DNA of 64,000 nucleotides. Origin: a virus (lineage: Duplodnaviria; Caudoviricetes). The stretch is taken from positions 5,055 through 69,054 of the IMG/VR virus record IMGVR_UViG_3300050587_000151; one strand, 5' to 3'. Both the position numbers and the translations under genes were made by a program. Shown in pieces: positions 54,647 through 64,000 of this stretch; position 1 is the stretch's first letter, and each line of letters begins with the position of its first letter. Below the pieces are notes generated by a model. It was not told the origin of the DNA. It made no database searches and saw only the letters and a program-made list of their open reading frames with translations.

Positions 54647-55507
54647 ATGGCGACGATTACCAAGACGTTCTCCTTCTTGTCCGGCACGGAAGGGTTTGTG
54701 GGCCATGTAGAAAGCGCTTTTGTCGGCTCCTTTTATGACGGCAGCAACGGTTCTCCCGCCCCCGGCTCGCTTGCTATGTATATTGGCGGTACAACTCCTG
54801 CATTTAATTCAACGAATTACTGGGAATGGACGGGCACATGGGAACAGTTGGGGGTTCCGGCTGGCGCGATGGTCACAAGTATTCGCCTGGCCGGCGTGCA
54901 ATACAGGAGAACCGGGTTTGCTTCTGCTAAAGAAGGGCCGTATACGCTACATGCTTCGGACGGCACGCTGGCCGCGACTCTGCGCAGCATCTCGGGGGAT
55001 ATCCTCAGTACTGCCTGGACTGCTGGGCAGACAGGATCAGATCAGCCCGTTCCGGGCGGGCTGCAAACAAGCAACGCGAGCATTCTGCTGCGTGCCTATA
55101 ACTACCTTTCGACGATAGGAAGCACGGCAGTACAACTAGGGCAGGATGAAATCTCATTTGTAATCACTTACGAACTGCCGGTGCCTGTATCTATTGATGT
55201 TCCCGGCGGAACGTTGCAACTCGCCGGGTACTCACCGGCCCTGATGCAAGCTTTTGTCTCCGCAGTCCCGGCCGGGGAATTGTTGCTTGTTGGAGAGGCA
55301 CCGGTTCTCGTTGAGACTGGGGACTACTATGTATCCGTGGGCGCAGGCGAACTCCTGCTTGCCGGGGTGGTTCCGACACTCGCCACGAGAACCAACATAG
55401 CCATTCCGGCAGCAGCGCTGATCCTGGCCGGGGGAATTCCGGTCGCCAGACGGCTCTTTCCTCCACGCACGGGATTGCGGGTGCAGCGCTGGGGGCGGAC
55501 GCGATAA
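54647..55507 (+). CDS. Putative tail-associated protein with (G.L.L.G) repeats
   Basis: C-terminal repeats such as PGGTLQLAG, AGELLLVG, AGELLLAG. Confidence 0.65.
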   Translation: MATITKTFSFLSGTEGFVGHVESAFVGSFYDGSNGSPAPGSLAMYIGGTTPAFNSTNYWEWTGTWEQLGVPAGAMVTSIRLAGVQYRRTGFASAKEGPYTLHASDGTLAATLRSISGDILSTAWTAGQTGSDQPVPGGLQTSNASILLRAYNYLSTIGSTAVQLGQDEISFVITYELPVPVSIDVPGGTLQLAGYSPALMQAFVSAVPAGELLLVGEAPVLVETGDYYVSVGAGELLLAGVVPTLATRTNIAIPAAALILAGGIPVARRLFPPRTGLRVQRWGRTR

Positions 55508-55565
55508 TCAATTTGACGATAACAAGTACCCATTCTGAGTAACCCATCTTTTTTTTTCAACAACC

Positions 55566-56153
55566 ATGCACATCATCGAATCTTCGAATATCGACTTGAT
55601 TGAACCGTTTCCAATCACGGAAGCGAAACGCGCTTTCACCTGGCTGCATTGTTATAAAAACATCGTTGAAAGTGACCTGTCACCGAAGAGTGCGGAGGAG
55701 TTCGAGCAATTCCTGGGTGCCCTCTTGCCCTATGCTCGCTCCTTCGGCGTGATTGATAAATTCAACAAGCTCAACACAAAACATGAGGCCCCGCTTGTTG
55801 GCATGATTATCTTCGAGCCTTCAACGATTTGGAATTGTTTTGTGCACATCGCTAGCCCTCGGCGTGCTTGGGGCAGCGGCTTTATCGACGAGGGCATCAC
55901 GGCGGCTGTTGGTGAAATCTTCTCTACCGAACCAAGCCTTACCCGTGTGAGCGCATATGTGCTGGAGAACAACGCACCAGTGAAGGGCCTTGCCCGACGA
56001 CTTGGCTTCCGCTTCGAGGGCTGCTTCCACGATATGGTCACACAGAACAACGAGCCTCGAAACATTCTGCTGTTCGGCATGACAAAGAAAGATTGGCAAG
56101 CTAGGCAAGCGCCAGAGCAAGACGCTGCTGTGCCGCCTGCCGTTGCTGCTTAA
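55566..56153 (+). CDS. GNAT (RimJ/RimL-like) acetyltransferase
   Basis: RAWGSG motif A; N...LARRLGFRFEG. Confidence 0.85.
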   Translation: MHIIESSNIDLIEPFPITEAKRAFTWLHCYKNIVESDLSPKSAEEFEQFLGALLPYARSFGVIDKFNKLNTKHEAPLVGMIIFEPSTIWNCFVHIASPRRAWGSGFIDEGITAAVGEIFSTEPSLTRVSAYVLENNAPVKGLARRLGFRFEGCFHDMVTQNNEPRNILLFGMTKKDWQARQAPEQDAAVPPAVAA

Positions 56154-56165
56154 AGGACAACCACT

Positions 56166-56879
56166 ATGGGCTTTATCGCATCCGCCATACCTGCAATTGC
56201 ATCTGGTATTGGTGGTCTTGTAGGCAAATTGGCCGGCAATAAAACTGTTCAAAACACCGCATTGGGCGTTGGTGGAGCGGCGCTAGGCGCACTTGGCTCA
56301 AGTGGCAAGCAAGGCAGCAACACCACAAGCTCGACCATCGCGCAGACCGAGGACCCGGCATTTGCCCAATACCGCCAGGCCCTTATGCCCTTGCTAACCA
56401 GCGAGCTGAGCCAAGCCCAACAGCCGGTGTTTGGAGATGCCCAAAAGACCAGCTTCATGACCAACCTGAACAACCTTGCCCAGTCGAGCATGAATGCGCT
56501 GCGCTCGAACATGGCGAGATTTGGCGGGTTGTCGAGTGGCAGGTACGGTGCAGGACTGACCAATATCCAACTTGGCAAGCTTGGACAGTCGGCGAATTTC
56601 TTTAGCCAGTTGCCGTTTATGGAAGCCCAAGCACGAGCTGAGCGGGTGCAGCCATTGCTGAACACCGCGTTGTCGTGGGTTGGTAGGCCGCCGACCAGCA
56701 CCACGACTACTGGTGACACAAGCGCCTATGGTCCAAGCTTCGGCTCGCAGTTCGCAACGGATCTTGGGGCGCTTGGGGGCCTGGCCTTTACCGACTGGTG
56801 GAAGAAGCGAAATGCCGGCACGACAACGCCTTCAGGCGTGGGCGCGGGTGGGCCGGCGGGTAGCTGGCTGGGAGACTAA
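56166..56879 (+). CDS. Internal virion/ejection (pilot) protein
   Basis: Gly/Ala-rich N-terminus, GGLSSG; follows the GNAT gene as in P22-like phages. Confidence 0.7.
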   Translation: MGFIASAIPAIASGIGGLVGKLAGNKTVQNTALGVGGAALGALGSSGKQGSNTTSSTIAQTEDPAFAQYRQALMPLLTSELSQAQQPVFGDAQKTSFMTNLNNLAQSSMNALRSNMARFGGLSSGRYGAGLTNIQLGKLGQSANFFSQLPFMEAQARAERVQPLLNTALSWVGRPPTSTTTTGDTSAYGPSFGSQFATDLGALGGLAFTDWWKKRNAGTTTPSGVGAGGPAGSWLGD

Positions 56880-56881
56880 CA

Positions 56882-57859
56882 ATGCCTGTATCGTCTTTTG
56901 TCCAAGCAGTCTTTCAACGCCTCAACGAGCTTGAGGAACAAAAGAAGTTTTCTCAGCAGCTTGAGGAATCGCAAGCGGATCGTGGCCTACGTGCCCAACA
57001 GCTTGCCGAGTCGATTGCGGCACGCAAATCCGCAGATACCCGGCAGGCTGAAGCATTTGACTTCCAACGCCAGCAAGCAGAGCGCGCGCAGCAGTGGGAA
57101 GCAGTCCAACGCATGTGGGAGGGCAGAGCGGAACAGCTACCGACGTTGGCTGTGCCAAGCGGAGTGCCTGGCTTACCGGCGACAACGCTGCCCCAGCCTC
57201 CAGGAGGGATTGATGTATCTGGCATTGGCCGCTTGTTCCCTGTGCCGCTTGCTACGCAGAAACGCCGCGAAGCTGAAGCAGAGCTTGAAGCCGAACAGGC
57301 AGGCCGAGCGCAGCAGCAGAAGCTCTTCGAGGATTTTGTTGCCAGCCAGCAAAAACTGGGCGAGCCGCTTTCCCAGGATTTCATCGCCCGCGCCCGTGCT
57401 GCGATCATGCTTGGCCAACAATTTCCGCAGCAAGACATCACCAACCATATTGTGCGCCTGTGGGAAATTGAAAACGACGAAACTCAATCTCCACAGCGCC
57501 GCCAGGAAGCCCAAAGATTACGAAACGTTTTGTATAACCTTCGTCTAGCAGGACAAGGAGGAAAAGCGTCCGACGTTACTGCCGCCAAATATCGGGACGA
57601 TGTTGCTGTTGCGACGCTTGCCGGCCAGGCGATCAATTCGGTTAACGACCTGATTGCCAGTCCGGCGTTTGCAACTAACAAGGCTCTCCAGCAGCAAGCC
57701 CGCCAGCGCATACGGGCGGTGCTCAACGATCCAAATGTGCCTGCCCGCTACCGGGCAGATGCGATGAAGCAAGCGTTAACTTCGCTTGGGCTGCCGTCTG
57801 CATTCGAAGAAACCTTCATGGATATGATTAATCGAATGTCTGGCCAGAATAAGCAGTAA
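56882..57859 (+). CDS. Internal virion protein
   Basis: Gln/Ala-rich helical ORF in the ejection cluster. Confidence 0.65.
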   Translation: MPVSSFVQAVFQRLNELEEQKKFSQQLEESQADRGLRAQQLAESIAARKSADTRQAEAFDFQRQQAERAQQWEAVQRMWEGRAEQLPTLAVPSGVPGLPATTLPQPPGGIDVSGIGRLFPVPLATQKRREAEAELEAEQAGRAQQQKLFEDFVASQQKLGEPLSQDFIARARAAIMLGQQFPQQDITNHIVRLWEIENDETQSPQRRQEAQRLRNVLYNLRLAGQGGKASDVTAAKYRDDVAVATLAGQAINSVNDLIASPAFATNKALQQQARQRIRAVLNDPNVPARYRADAMKQALTSLGLPSAFEETFMDMINRMSGQNKQ

Positions 57860-57871
57860 CACTTCCCCACC

Positions 57872-60800
57872 ATGGCCGCTCAACCAGAAACTTTTGGAGA
57901 TAAGCTTCGGCAAGCGTTGTACGGCGTAGACAACGCCGCGCCAGGATTACGTTCAATTGCCGAGGCGCTAAACCCGGCCCGCCCTCTCAACCAGCTTCGC
58001 GTTGCTAAAGGTATGAGCCTTGATGCGCTGTGGGAGGTGGGCAAATCGTTGTGGGGGCAGGGCTCAACGATCGCGAAAGAGATCCTGCGCGATCCGACGC
58101 TTGTTTCGAATCCTGGCCTTGCTGCGCAGCTAAACCCTCAAGGCCAGTGGAATATCATCAATGCGGCGGGCATGGGTCTGCCTCAGCATGTTGCTGATCG
58201 CTATCACCGCTATATTGACGAGATTGCTAAAAGTAAAGCAGATCCCCTGACACCACAAGACTATGCGTGGGCGATGACCAAGGCAACCGGCGCGACTGCC
58301 GGAATGGATGTGCTACCAGGGCAGGAGATAGCGAACTTGCTATCGGGGCAAACAGCCGAAGGTGCTCCGCTTACGCCCGAAGAAATCGGCAAAAATATTA
58401 CATTGGGTGTGCTTAAGGCAGGCACACTGAAAACGTTGCAAGGCAAAGGGCGAGCCTTGCGGCGTGTGACCGAAGACCCTGGTGTTGCACAAGTTCGCAC
58501 AACAGGAGAGCTAAAAGCCGCGTCGGAGGCAATCGCAAAGGAGCAAGAAGCTGCTCGGGCGCGCGACGTTACGCCCGAGCAGGCCGCCGCTGTGCAGCAA
58601 ACCCTAGCTCCAGCGCGGCCCCCGACTGTTGACCCTGCCCTGATCGAGCACGTGCAATACGTCGAAAAAGGAGCCTTCGACAATCCTTATACCGCAGCGC
58701 TTACTGCTGAAACTGCTAGCAGTAGCATCTTCCGGCAGCTTGTTACCGATCCTGAGTTTATAAAACTCCCACAAGCCGAGCGTCTCGCAGAAGCTGTTCG
58801 CCAAGGAGCCCTCGCTCCGGAAACTGTTGTCGGGTTCTCCCGCCGATATAACGTGCCGCTTGAGCAATCAGTCAGCCTGGCTGCCGAGGTGCTAAAGCGT
58901 ACTGCCTCCAAGGCCGGTGAAAAGCTCGTTCGCTTTCAAGAAGGGCTTGATGTCGTAAACGAATCGTTGTACGCGGCAGCCAAAGCAGGTGATCCTGCTG
59001 CGCTTGCCCAGCTTCGCAGCATGCGCCAAGCTGCTGCGGCAGCAAAACGTTCACAGTTCCCGGCTGCTATCAACGCTGCGAAAGGCTTCGAACGAGCAAG
59101 CTTGACGACCATGCTTGCGCACCCGAAGACTGCGATTCGTAACTTCCAGGCTGTATCTGGGTTTGGTGTCGCGACAAAGATTGTCGGTGACATTGTTGCC
59201 GGAGCGACAGAGCTGTTTGTGGATCGGTTCGCCACACGAGAAGGGCGCCCCCTTCGCAGTCATTTTGCAGACTTGCTGGCGGACGGATTTGCTGCGTGGG
59301 ATGCCATGCCTACGAAGGCCCGAAAGGTCTACCGGGAATTTTTGGATACCGTGCCCGCGGTCGAACGTGAGCTTAGCTCTGCGAGCGCGTTTGACTTGTC
59401 GGCCAACGTGCTACGAGACACAACACAGTGGCTTACGTCAAAAGGCAAGGAAGGCTTGCCACCGCGTAATCTTGCTGAATATGGTCTGCTTTTCGGCGAT
59501 GTTCTCAAATGGCCTAATCACGCGCAGGAAGTTTTCTTACGCAAGATCATGTTTGATGCACGGCTACGCGGGAGCCTTGAACGGCTAGGCATCCCCGATT
59601 ACGAGGCCGCAATCCGCGAGTCTGCCAAGCCGATCCCTGCCGAGAATTTTCGGCTTGCGGTCGCTGATGCAAAAGCCTATGCACTCAAGCAGACCTTCTC
59701 CGCCCAGCCCACAGGCATGATTGCCAAAGCGGTCATTAATACCTACGACAAGATTCCACTGTTAACCTTTGTATTGCCGCCTTTCCCGCGATTCATGGCC
59801 AACCAAATATCATTCATCATGGATCACGCTCCTACCAGTTGGCTTGAGTTGTTTACTCCGAAGTTCCGGGAGGTTTTGACTAATGGGGCAAAAGACGGGT
59901 TCGCTAGCCGGCAAGCCGCCCGTGTGCTCGGCGAAGGTTTTGCCGGCATGATGATGCTGTCGGGTGCCTACCAATTTCGCACCTCAGACATTGCCGGACC
60001 AAAATATTATCAAGTCAACACAGGTACAGACCAAGCAACAAGGGAGAAACGGCTCCTCGACCTGCGGCCATATCAACCGTTCACTGGCTTTTATTCCTTC
60101 TTCGCCGACATTATCAAATGCCTGCAAAACGGCACCTCGCCTACGCCGGCCAATATGAATCTTACTACCGACGAATGGCTTGAAGGCATGACGTCGCTCC
60201 GTAAATTCGGCGACGTACCTATGTTCACACTTGCCGAGGCGATCCAAACCGCCGACTCAAGCAATCCCGATGCCATCTGGCGGGCAGTTAACACGCCTAT
60301 TGGAAAAGCGTTCAGCAGATTCTTCATGCCAGCCAAGGCGATGCAAGACGTGTTAGCTATGGGCGGCTACGAAGAATCCGCAACTGTACGGAGCATTCGT
60401 GGTCAAGAAGCCCTTGGACCTTCAATGGCAATGGTGCCGGGATTTAGCTACGGCATGCCCGCTCGCATTGACCCTGCAACTGGTCAGCCAATGAAGCAAC
60501 GCGACATTCCGATTGCCTTTGCGGGTTTTGCTGTTGACTACCAATCAAAGCTTGACTCGATTGTGTCGAATACTCCTGGCTTAGGATGGGGTGAAGTCAT
60601 TGGCAGCAATGGCTCGGAGCAAGCTGATGCTTATGTTGCAACTTATGTAGGCAAAATATTCAACACCCGTCTTGGCGGTTCTACAATCGGCGATACCCTT
60701 GCAGACATCTACAACACGATGGACGGTACAACAGAGTTCAAAGTCTGGCAGTTCAAGCAATTTCTAACAAAGCTTCGAAGCGAGGCAATAGTGGCAGGTA

Positions 60801-60928
60801 CAAAAGAAATTCCTCACGCATTCGCGCATGTGAGCGCTGCATCGCAAAGTATGCCGGCAGGTGCCAAGACCGTTATCGAGCAAGAACTCATTGAGCAACT
60901 TCGCCAGCGAGCAACATCAAGCCAGTAA
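57872..60928 (+). CDS. Large internal virion protein
   Basis: 1018 aa, helical, in the ejection cluster. Confidence 0.7.
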   Translation: MAAQPETFGDKLRQALYGVDNAAPGLRSIAEALNPARPLNQLRVAKGMSLDALWEVGKSLWGQGSTIAKEILRDPTLVSNPGLAAQLNPQGQWNIINAAGMGLPQHVADRYHRYIDEIAKSKADPLTPQDYAWAMTKATGATAGMDVLPGQEIANLLSGQTAEGAPLTPEEIGKNITLGVLKAGTLKTLQGKGRALRRVTEDPGVAQVRTTGELKAASEAIAKEQEAARARDVTPEQAAAVQQTLAPARPPTVDPALIEHVQYVEKGAFDNPYTAALTAETASSSIFRQLVTDPEFIKLPQAERLAEAVRQGALAPETVVGFSRRYNVPLEQSVSLAAEVLKRTASKAGEKLVRFQEGLDVVNESLYAAAKAGDPAALAQLRSMRQAAAAAKRSQFPAAINAAKGFERASLTTMLAHPKTAIRNFQAVSGFGVATKIVGDIVAGATELFVDRFATREGRPLRSHFADLLADGFAAWDAMPTKARKVYREFLDTVPAVERELSSASAFDLSANVLRDTTQWLTSKGKEGLPPRNLAEYGLLFGDVLKWPNHAQEVFLRKIMFDARLRGSLERLGIPDYEAAIRESAKPIPAENFRLAVADAKAYALKQTFSAQPTGMIAKAVINTYDKIPLLTFVLPPFPRFMANQISFIMDHAPTSWLELFTPKFREVLTNGAKDGFASRQAARVLGEGFAGMMMLSGAYQFRTSDIAGPKYYQVNTGTDQATREKRLLDLRPYQPFTGFYSFFADIIKCLQNGTSPTPANMNLTTDEWLEGMTSLRKFGDVPMFTLAEAIQTADSSNPDAIWRAVNTPIGKAFSRFFMPAKAMQDVLAMGGYEESATVRSIRGQEALGPSMAMVPGFSYGMPARIDPATGQPMKQRDIPIAFAGFAVDYQSKLDSIVSNTPGLGWGEVIGSNGSEQADAYVATYVGKIFNTRLGGSTIGDTLADIYNTMDGTTEFKVWQFKQFLTKLRSEAIVAGTKEIPHAFAHVSAASQSMPAGAKTVIEQELIEQLRQRATSSQ

Positions 60929-60944
60929 GTCATTAGTATTCTGT

Positions 60945-61220
60945 ATGCCCTCTACAACGATCCCTACCACTCCACCTAAGCTCCTCTGGTGGCTCGTCAC
61001 CCTTCTTGCCGGCATCGTGCTCTCAATGGCCGGCGCATGGGCAATGTCTACCCACCAGGATGTACGAGCGCTCCAGACTGAGGTTTCAACTCTCAAAGAG
61101 CAATTGCCGCTCGTCAACCACAAGCTTGATCTGATTATGGAGTCATTAGGAGTAACGTATACAAGAGGGCAAGCTGAGCAGCCCGGCAAGCCAATGCCCA
61201 AACGCGGGGAGTCTCGATAA
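60945..61220 (+). CDS. Single-TM coiled-coil protein
   Basis: LLWWLVTLLAGIVLSMAGAW followed by a coiled coil. Confidence 0.6.
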   Translation: MPSTTIPTTPPKLLWWLVTLLAGIVLSMAGAWAMSTHQDVRALQTEVSTLKEQLPLVNHKLDLIMESLGVTYTRGQAEQPGKPMPKRGESR

Positions 61221-62474
61221 ATGCCAAACTTTGAAGATGTCTTTGCGGATCAATATCTTAAGGCAGGACCAGGGCCGCGCACAGGTGTTGGTCTTGCCCT
61301 TCTTGACCGTCTTGGCATCCCCGCTCCGTGGGTAGATCGTCCTATACCTGCTAATGAGTGGGTAAACGCACTTGGGCCAAACTACAGGATTCCTAGCCAA
61401 ACTATTACTGCCACTCCACCCCTAACGGCATTATTCTACCGCATGGCCGATACACTTGGAATGCGGGACACGCGAATTCCGGAAGCTGTTGGCAGGTCTT
61501 TCGCAAGCGCCTGGGCATCGCCGGAAGGGATGCTAGGCGCGTCAGCGCCGCTTGGTGCTGCGTCAACAGCAAGGCTTAGTGAAGAGGCGATTGCCGGGTT
61601 CATCGAGAAATTTGCGCCGGAGGCCCAAAAGATCGCAAAGGCGTTGAATGCCTCACGCTTTGGCGGGCGTTATCGGGACTTTGTTGATGACGCAGCAAAT
61701 GAGGCGTTGATGGAGGTATACACACAACTCAAAGGTGGAGCACCAAGTGAGGCTGCGCCGTTGATTGCCCAGTCAGCGGTGTCACGGGTGCTTCGCGATC
61801 AGGATCGTGTAGCGGCCAGGCTTGCTCCGTTGGGCAATACGGCAGAAGGTCTTGAGGTATTGCCACAGGTTGACATCCTCAGCGCAATCCAGCAGCCAAT
61901 GGCTGCCGAGCCGGAAGCCCCGCGTTCATTGTTCGATGAGGCGCTTGCGGATAATCCGCTGCTACGAGGCTTTGCGGTCAGGCATGAACGCAAATGGAGT
62001 GCACCAAACGCGCCGTTGCCAGAAGCCCAACTTTCCGCGACTGTAGATCAGCTTGAGAATATGGACCCGCTGCGTAGGGCAGTAGTGGAAGGCCGAATGG
62101 AAGGCAAGACTCTCGGGCAGATTGCGCAGGAAACAGGTGCGTCAGCTAGCACTGTGAAGCGGGTTGTGGCGGAGGCCAAGGCAGGCCAGACTACTCTTGA
62201 ACGTGATGTAGCCAAGGAACTCAAGCGGCTGCGGAAGGACTTTATCGGGAAGTATTACGAAAGAGGCAAAGTCACATCGTATGGAGAGGCGTTTGACAAG
62301 GCGTTGACGGGGCTGCCTACACCCGATGCTGGATTGCTACGCAGCTATTTTGTGTACAATCGCCCGCCATCAAGCACAGCACAAGCAGGCAGGGCCGGTG
62401 CAACAACCGACACGTTGTATGATCTTGCCCAACAGGTATTTCGTCAGATGCGGGCAACAGGGGCAGCCCGGTAA
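61221..62474 (+). CDS. Sigma-factor-like protein (region 2-like and region 4 HTH) with an N-terminal extension
   Basis: DFVDDAANEALMEVY; LENMDPLRRAVVEGRMEGKTLGQIAQETGASASTVKRVV. Confidence 0.6.
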   Translation: MPNFEDVFADQYLKAGPGPRTGVGLALLDRLGIPAPWVDRPIPANEWVNALGPNYRIPSQTITATPPLTALFYRMADTLGMRDTRIPEAVGRSFASAWASPEGMLGASAPLGAASTARLSEEAIAGFIEKFAPEAQKIAKALNASRFGGRYRDFVDDAANEALMEVYTQLKGGAPSEAAPLIAQSAVSRVLRDQDRVAARLAPLGNTAEGLEVLPQVDILSAIQQPMAAEPEAPRSLFDEALADNPLLRGFAVRHERKWSAPNAPLPEAQLSATVDQLENMDPLRRAVVEGRMEGKTLGQIAQETGASASTVKRVVAEAKAGQTTLERDVAKELKRLRKDFIGKYYERGKVTSYGEAFDKALTGLPTPDAGLLRSYFVYNRPPSSTAQAGRAGATTDTLYDLAQQVFRQMRATGAAR

Positions 62475-64000
62475 TGCCGCAGGCCGGCTTACTCATACCA
62501 GGAAATATCGACCTGACGAGGCGCCCAATCGTCTACAACCCTGACGGCTCTATAAGCACTGTTCGTTCTATGAGCTTTGGGGAAGACGGCAGGGAGATTC
62601 TTATCCCTACTATATCTGACGATGGTAAGCTATTGAGTAATGAGGAAGCGATCCGCGCATATCGAAAATCAGGGAAACACTTGGGTATCTTTTCTAGCTC
62701 GGAGGCTGCTACAGCTTATGCACAAGCGTTGCACAAGGAGCAAGAGGCTAGATATGCTAGTCCACTAGACAGGCTGTCAAAACAGCACCAGCAAGCCTTG
62801 ATGGGCCAGCTAACTAATTGGGGGCGTGGGGCTGAGCAAACCACCCCGCCAACCACCAGCCTACCGATCATGCAACACGACACGACCGAGTTGCTGCCAC
62901 AGCCGGTACGACGTGTTGTCGAGCGGTTGCCGGACACCATGGTTAGTGGTGCATTAGGGTTGTTGCTCGGCGGACCGCCTGGCCTTGCTATAGGTGCAGG
63001 CTTACCCCAAGTTGTTGGGATCAATCAAGAAGTTGATAACTCTCTCGAAGGGCTAAACTTCATACCGCAGCTTGGCGCGTTGCCGATAATGGGATTTGGC
63101 CGATGGAGAACAAGCCGGCTAGGCAGGATACTTGGCCTTGGGGAGAAAGTTGTCGAGCAGCCTGCTTGGCACCCAAAGAATACCCCACACGTTGATGAAC
63201 TGATTAATGCAAGAAACAGTGTTTATCATGCAACCGATCTTGAGGGGTTTAAGGGTATTCTTGAAGCGGGAGAAATTAGCCAGAAGCCTAAAGGAAGTTG
63301 GGCTTTAACCACCCCTACTACAGGCGTCTCCGCCTCCCGTGTGCCAAGGCTCAAATCAAAAGAATCCAGAGCTATCTCTTTCGTTATCGACCGTAGCAAG
63401 ATGCCGAAGAACCGGCCGTTTGTGGAGGAGGGGTACCAAAAAACCATTGAACAGTACCCTCCTAACACAGAACCCACACAAAATCCCCTCTTCGAATTCG
63501 AAGACCGCACCTACAATTCGCCAATTCCATTGAGCACAGTGAAGGGGATCGTGGTAGATAAATCCGCGTTGCATGGTGGCACACGGTCAGCACTAAACCA
63601 GCTTCGTTTTATGACACCTGAAGAGTTCAATGCTGCTTGGACTAAAGCGTCCGAACTCGATCCTGTATTTAAAACGATTGCCGAATACAATCCAGGTAAT
63701 CGAATTGACAGGCTAGCGACATACCTTGAAGGCGATCCAAACCTCGCTGTAGCCCTTGGCATCACCACCTCAGCAACCCGCCTTGCTGAAATTAGCAAGC
63801 TTGCTGCTGAGCACAATATCCCTATCCGCTTTGCCTCCTCTGGACGTGAATTACACGGCTATCGAGCCACCCTCGCAAAGCTCCCTTCCGGCTCTCCCCT
63901 CTTTACCGCCCCACCTGCCCTCGCCCTCACCGACCTTGCTCGCCGTTATATCAGCGAAGAGCGCAAAAAGCGAAGCAAGGCGAAAGCAGCGGCGCAATAA
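62474..64000 (+). CDS. Probable virion protein with C-terminal ADP-ribosyltransferase-like domain
   Basis: N-terminal GNIDL..RP...N.DGS.STV.S domain seen in phage internal proteins; C-terminal VYHAT..GF.GILE.G, GVSASR, FEFEDR. Confidence 0.65.
   Translation: MPQAGLLIPGNIDLTRRPIVYNPDGSISTVRSMSFGEDGREILIPTISDDGKLLSNEEAIRAYRKSGKHLGIFSSSEAATAYAQALHKEQEARYASPLDRLSKQHQQALMGQLTNWGRGAEQTTPPTTSLPIMQHDTTELLPQPVRRVVERLPDTMVSGALGLLLGGPPGLAIGAGLPQVVGINQEVDNSLEGLNFIPQLGALPIMGFGRWRTSRLGRILGLGEKVVEQPAWHPKNTPHVDELINARNSVYHATDLEGFKGILEAGEISQKPKGSWALTTPTTGVSASRVPRLKSKESRAISFVIDRSKMPKNRPFVEEGYQKTIEQYPPNTEPTQNPLFEFEDRTYNSPIPLSTVKGIVVDKSALHGGTRSALNQLRFMTPEEFNAAWTKASELDPVFKTIAEYNPGNRIDRLATYLEGDPNLAVALGITTSATRLAEISKLAAEHNIPIRFASSGRELHGYRATLAKLPSGSPLFTAPPALALTDLARRYISEERKKRSKAKAAAQ

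Noticed and set aside
57872-60928. Tape measure protein
   Set aside because: There are no tail tube, terminator or chaperone genes, and the context (GNAT, pilot protein, tubular proteins) indicates podovirus ejection proteins.
1-64000. Alternative genetic code (stop-codon reassignment)
   Set aside because: Long conserved genes are intact under the standard code, TAG, TGA and TAA all end genes at plausible boundaries, and there is no suppressor tRNA.

Overview
This window is a 64 kb segment of a tailed dsDNA bacteriophage, probably a podovirus: it has a portal, a major capsid protein, tail-tubular/P22-like tail and ejection proteins, and no tape measure or tail tube. There are two divergent arms. 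The minus-strand arm (1-27.3 kb) holds early and replication genes: a uracil-DNA-glycosylase-like domain fused to a family A DNA polymerase carrying an intein, a Sak4/DUF669/PD-(D/E)XK recombination set, four tRNAs, a single-domain ClpB-like ATPase, a dispersed phiEco32-type amidoligase/ATP-grasp/amidotransferase cluster, a Ro60 (TROVE) fragment with a Y-RNA-like leader, and a serine recombinase. The plus-strand arm (27.9-64 kb) holds morphogenesis and lysis genes, with a split terminase interleaved with heptose-activation (HldE-like), methyltransferase and GT9 genes. It ends in sigma-like and ADP-ribosyltransferase-like proteins. The ClpB-like and TROVE sequences point to an Acidobacteriota host (inference from recalled family resemblance). 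The least explained signals are non-coding: (i) a roughly 430-nt multi-domain structured RNA candidate directly upstream of the tRNA cluster, (ii) four intergenic elements closed by 16-22 bp terminal helices, clustered around the Ro60/Y-RNA remnant, and (iii) two homologous AT-rich inverted-repeat/iteron cassettes 20.85 kb apart. All homology calls come from motif recognition by eye; no database searches or folding programs were run. The genome continues beyond the window (a gene is truncated at position 1, and no primase/helicase is present).
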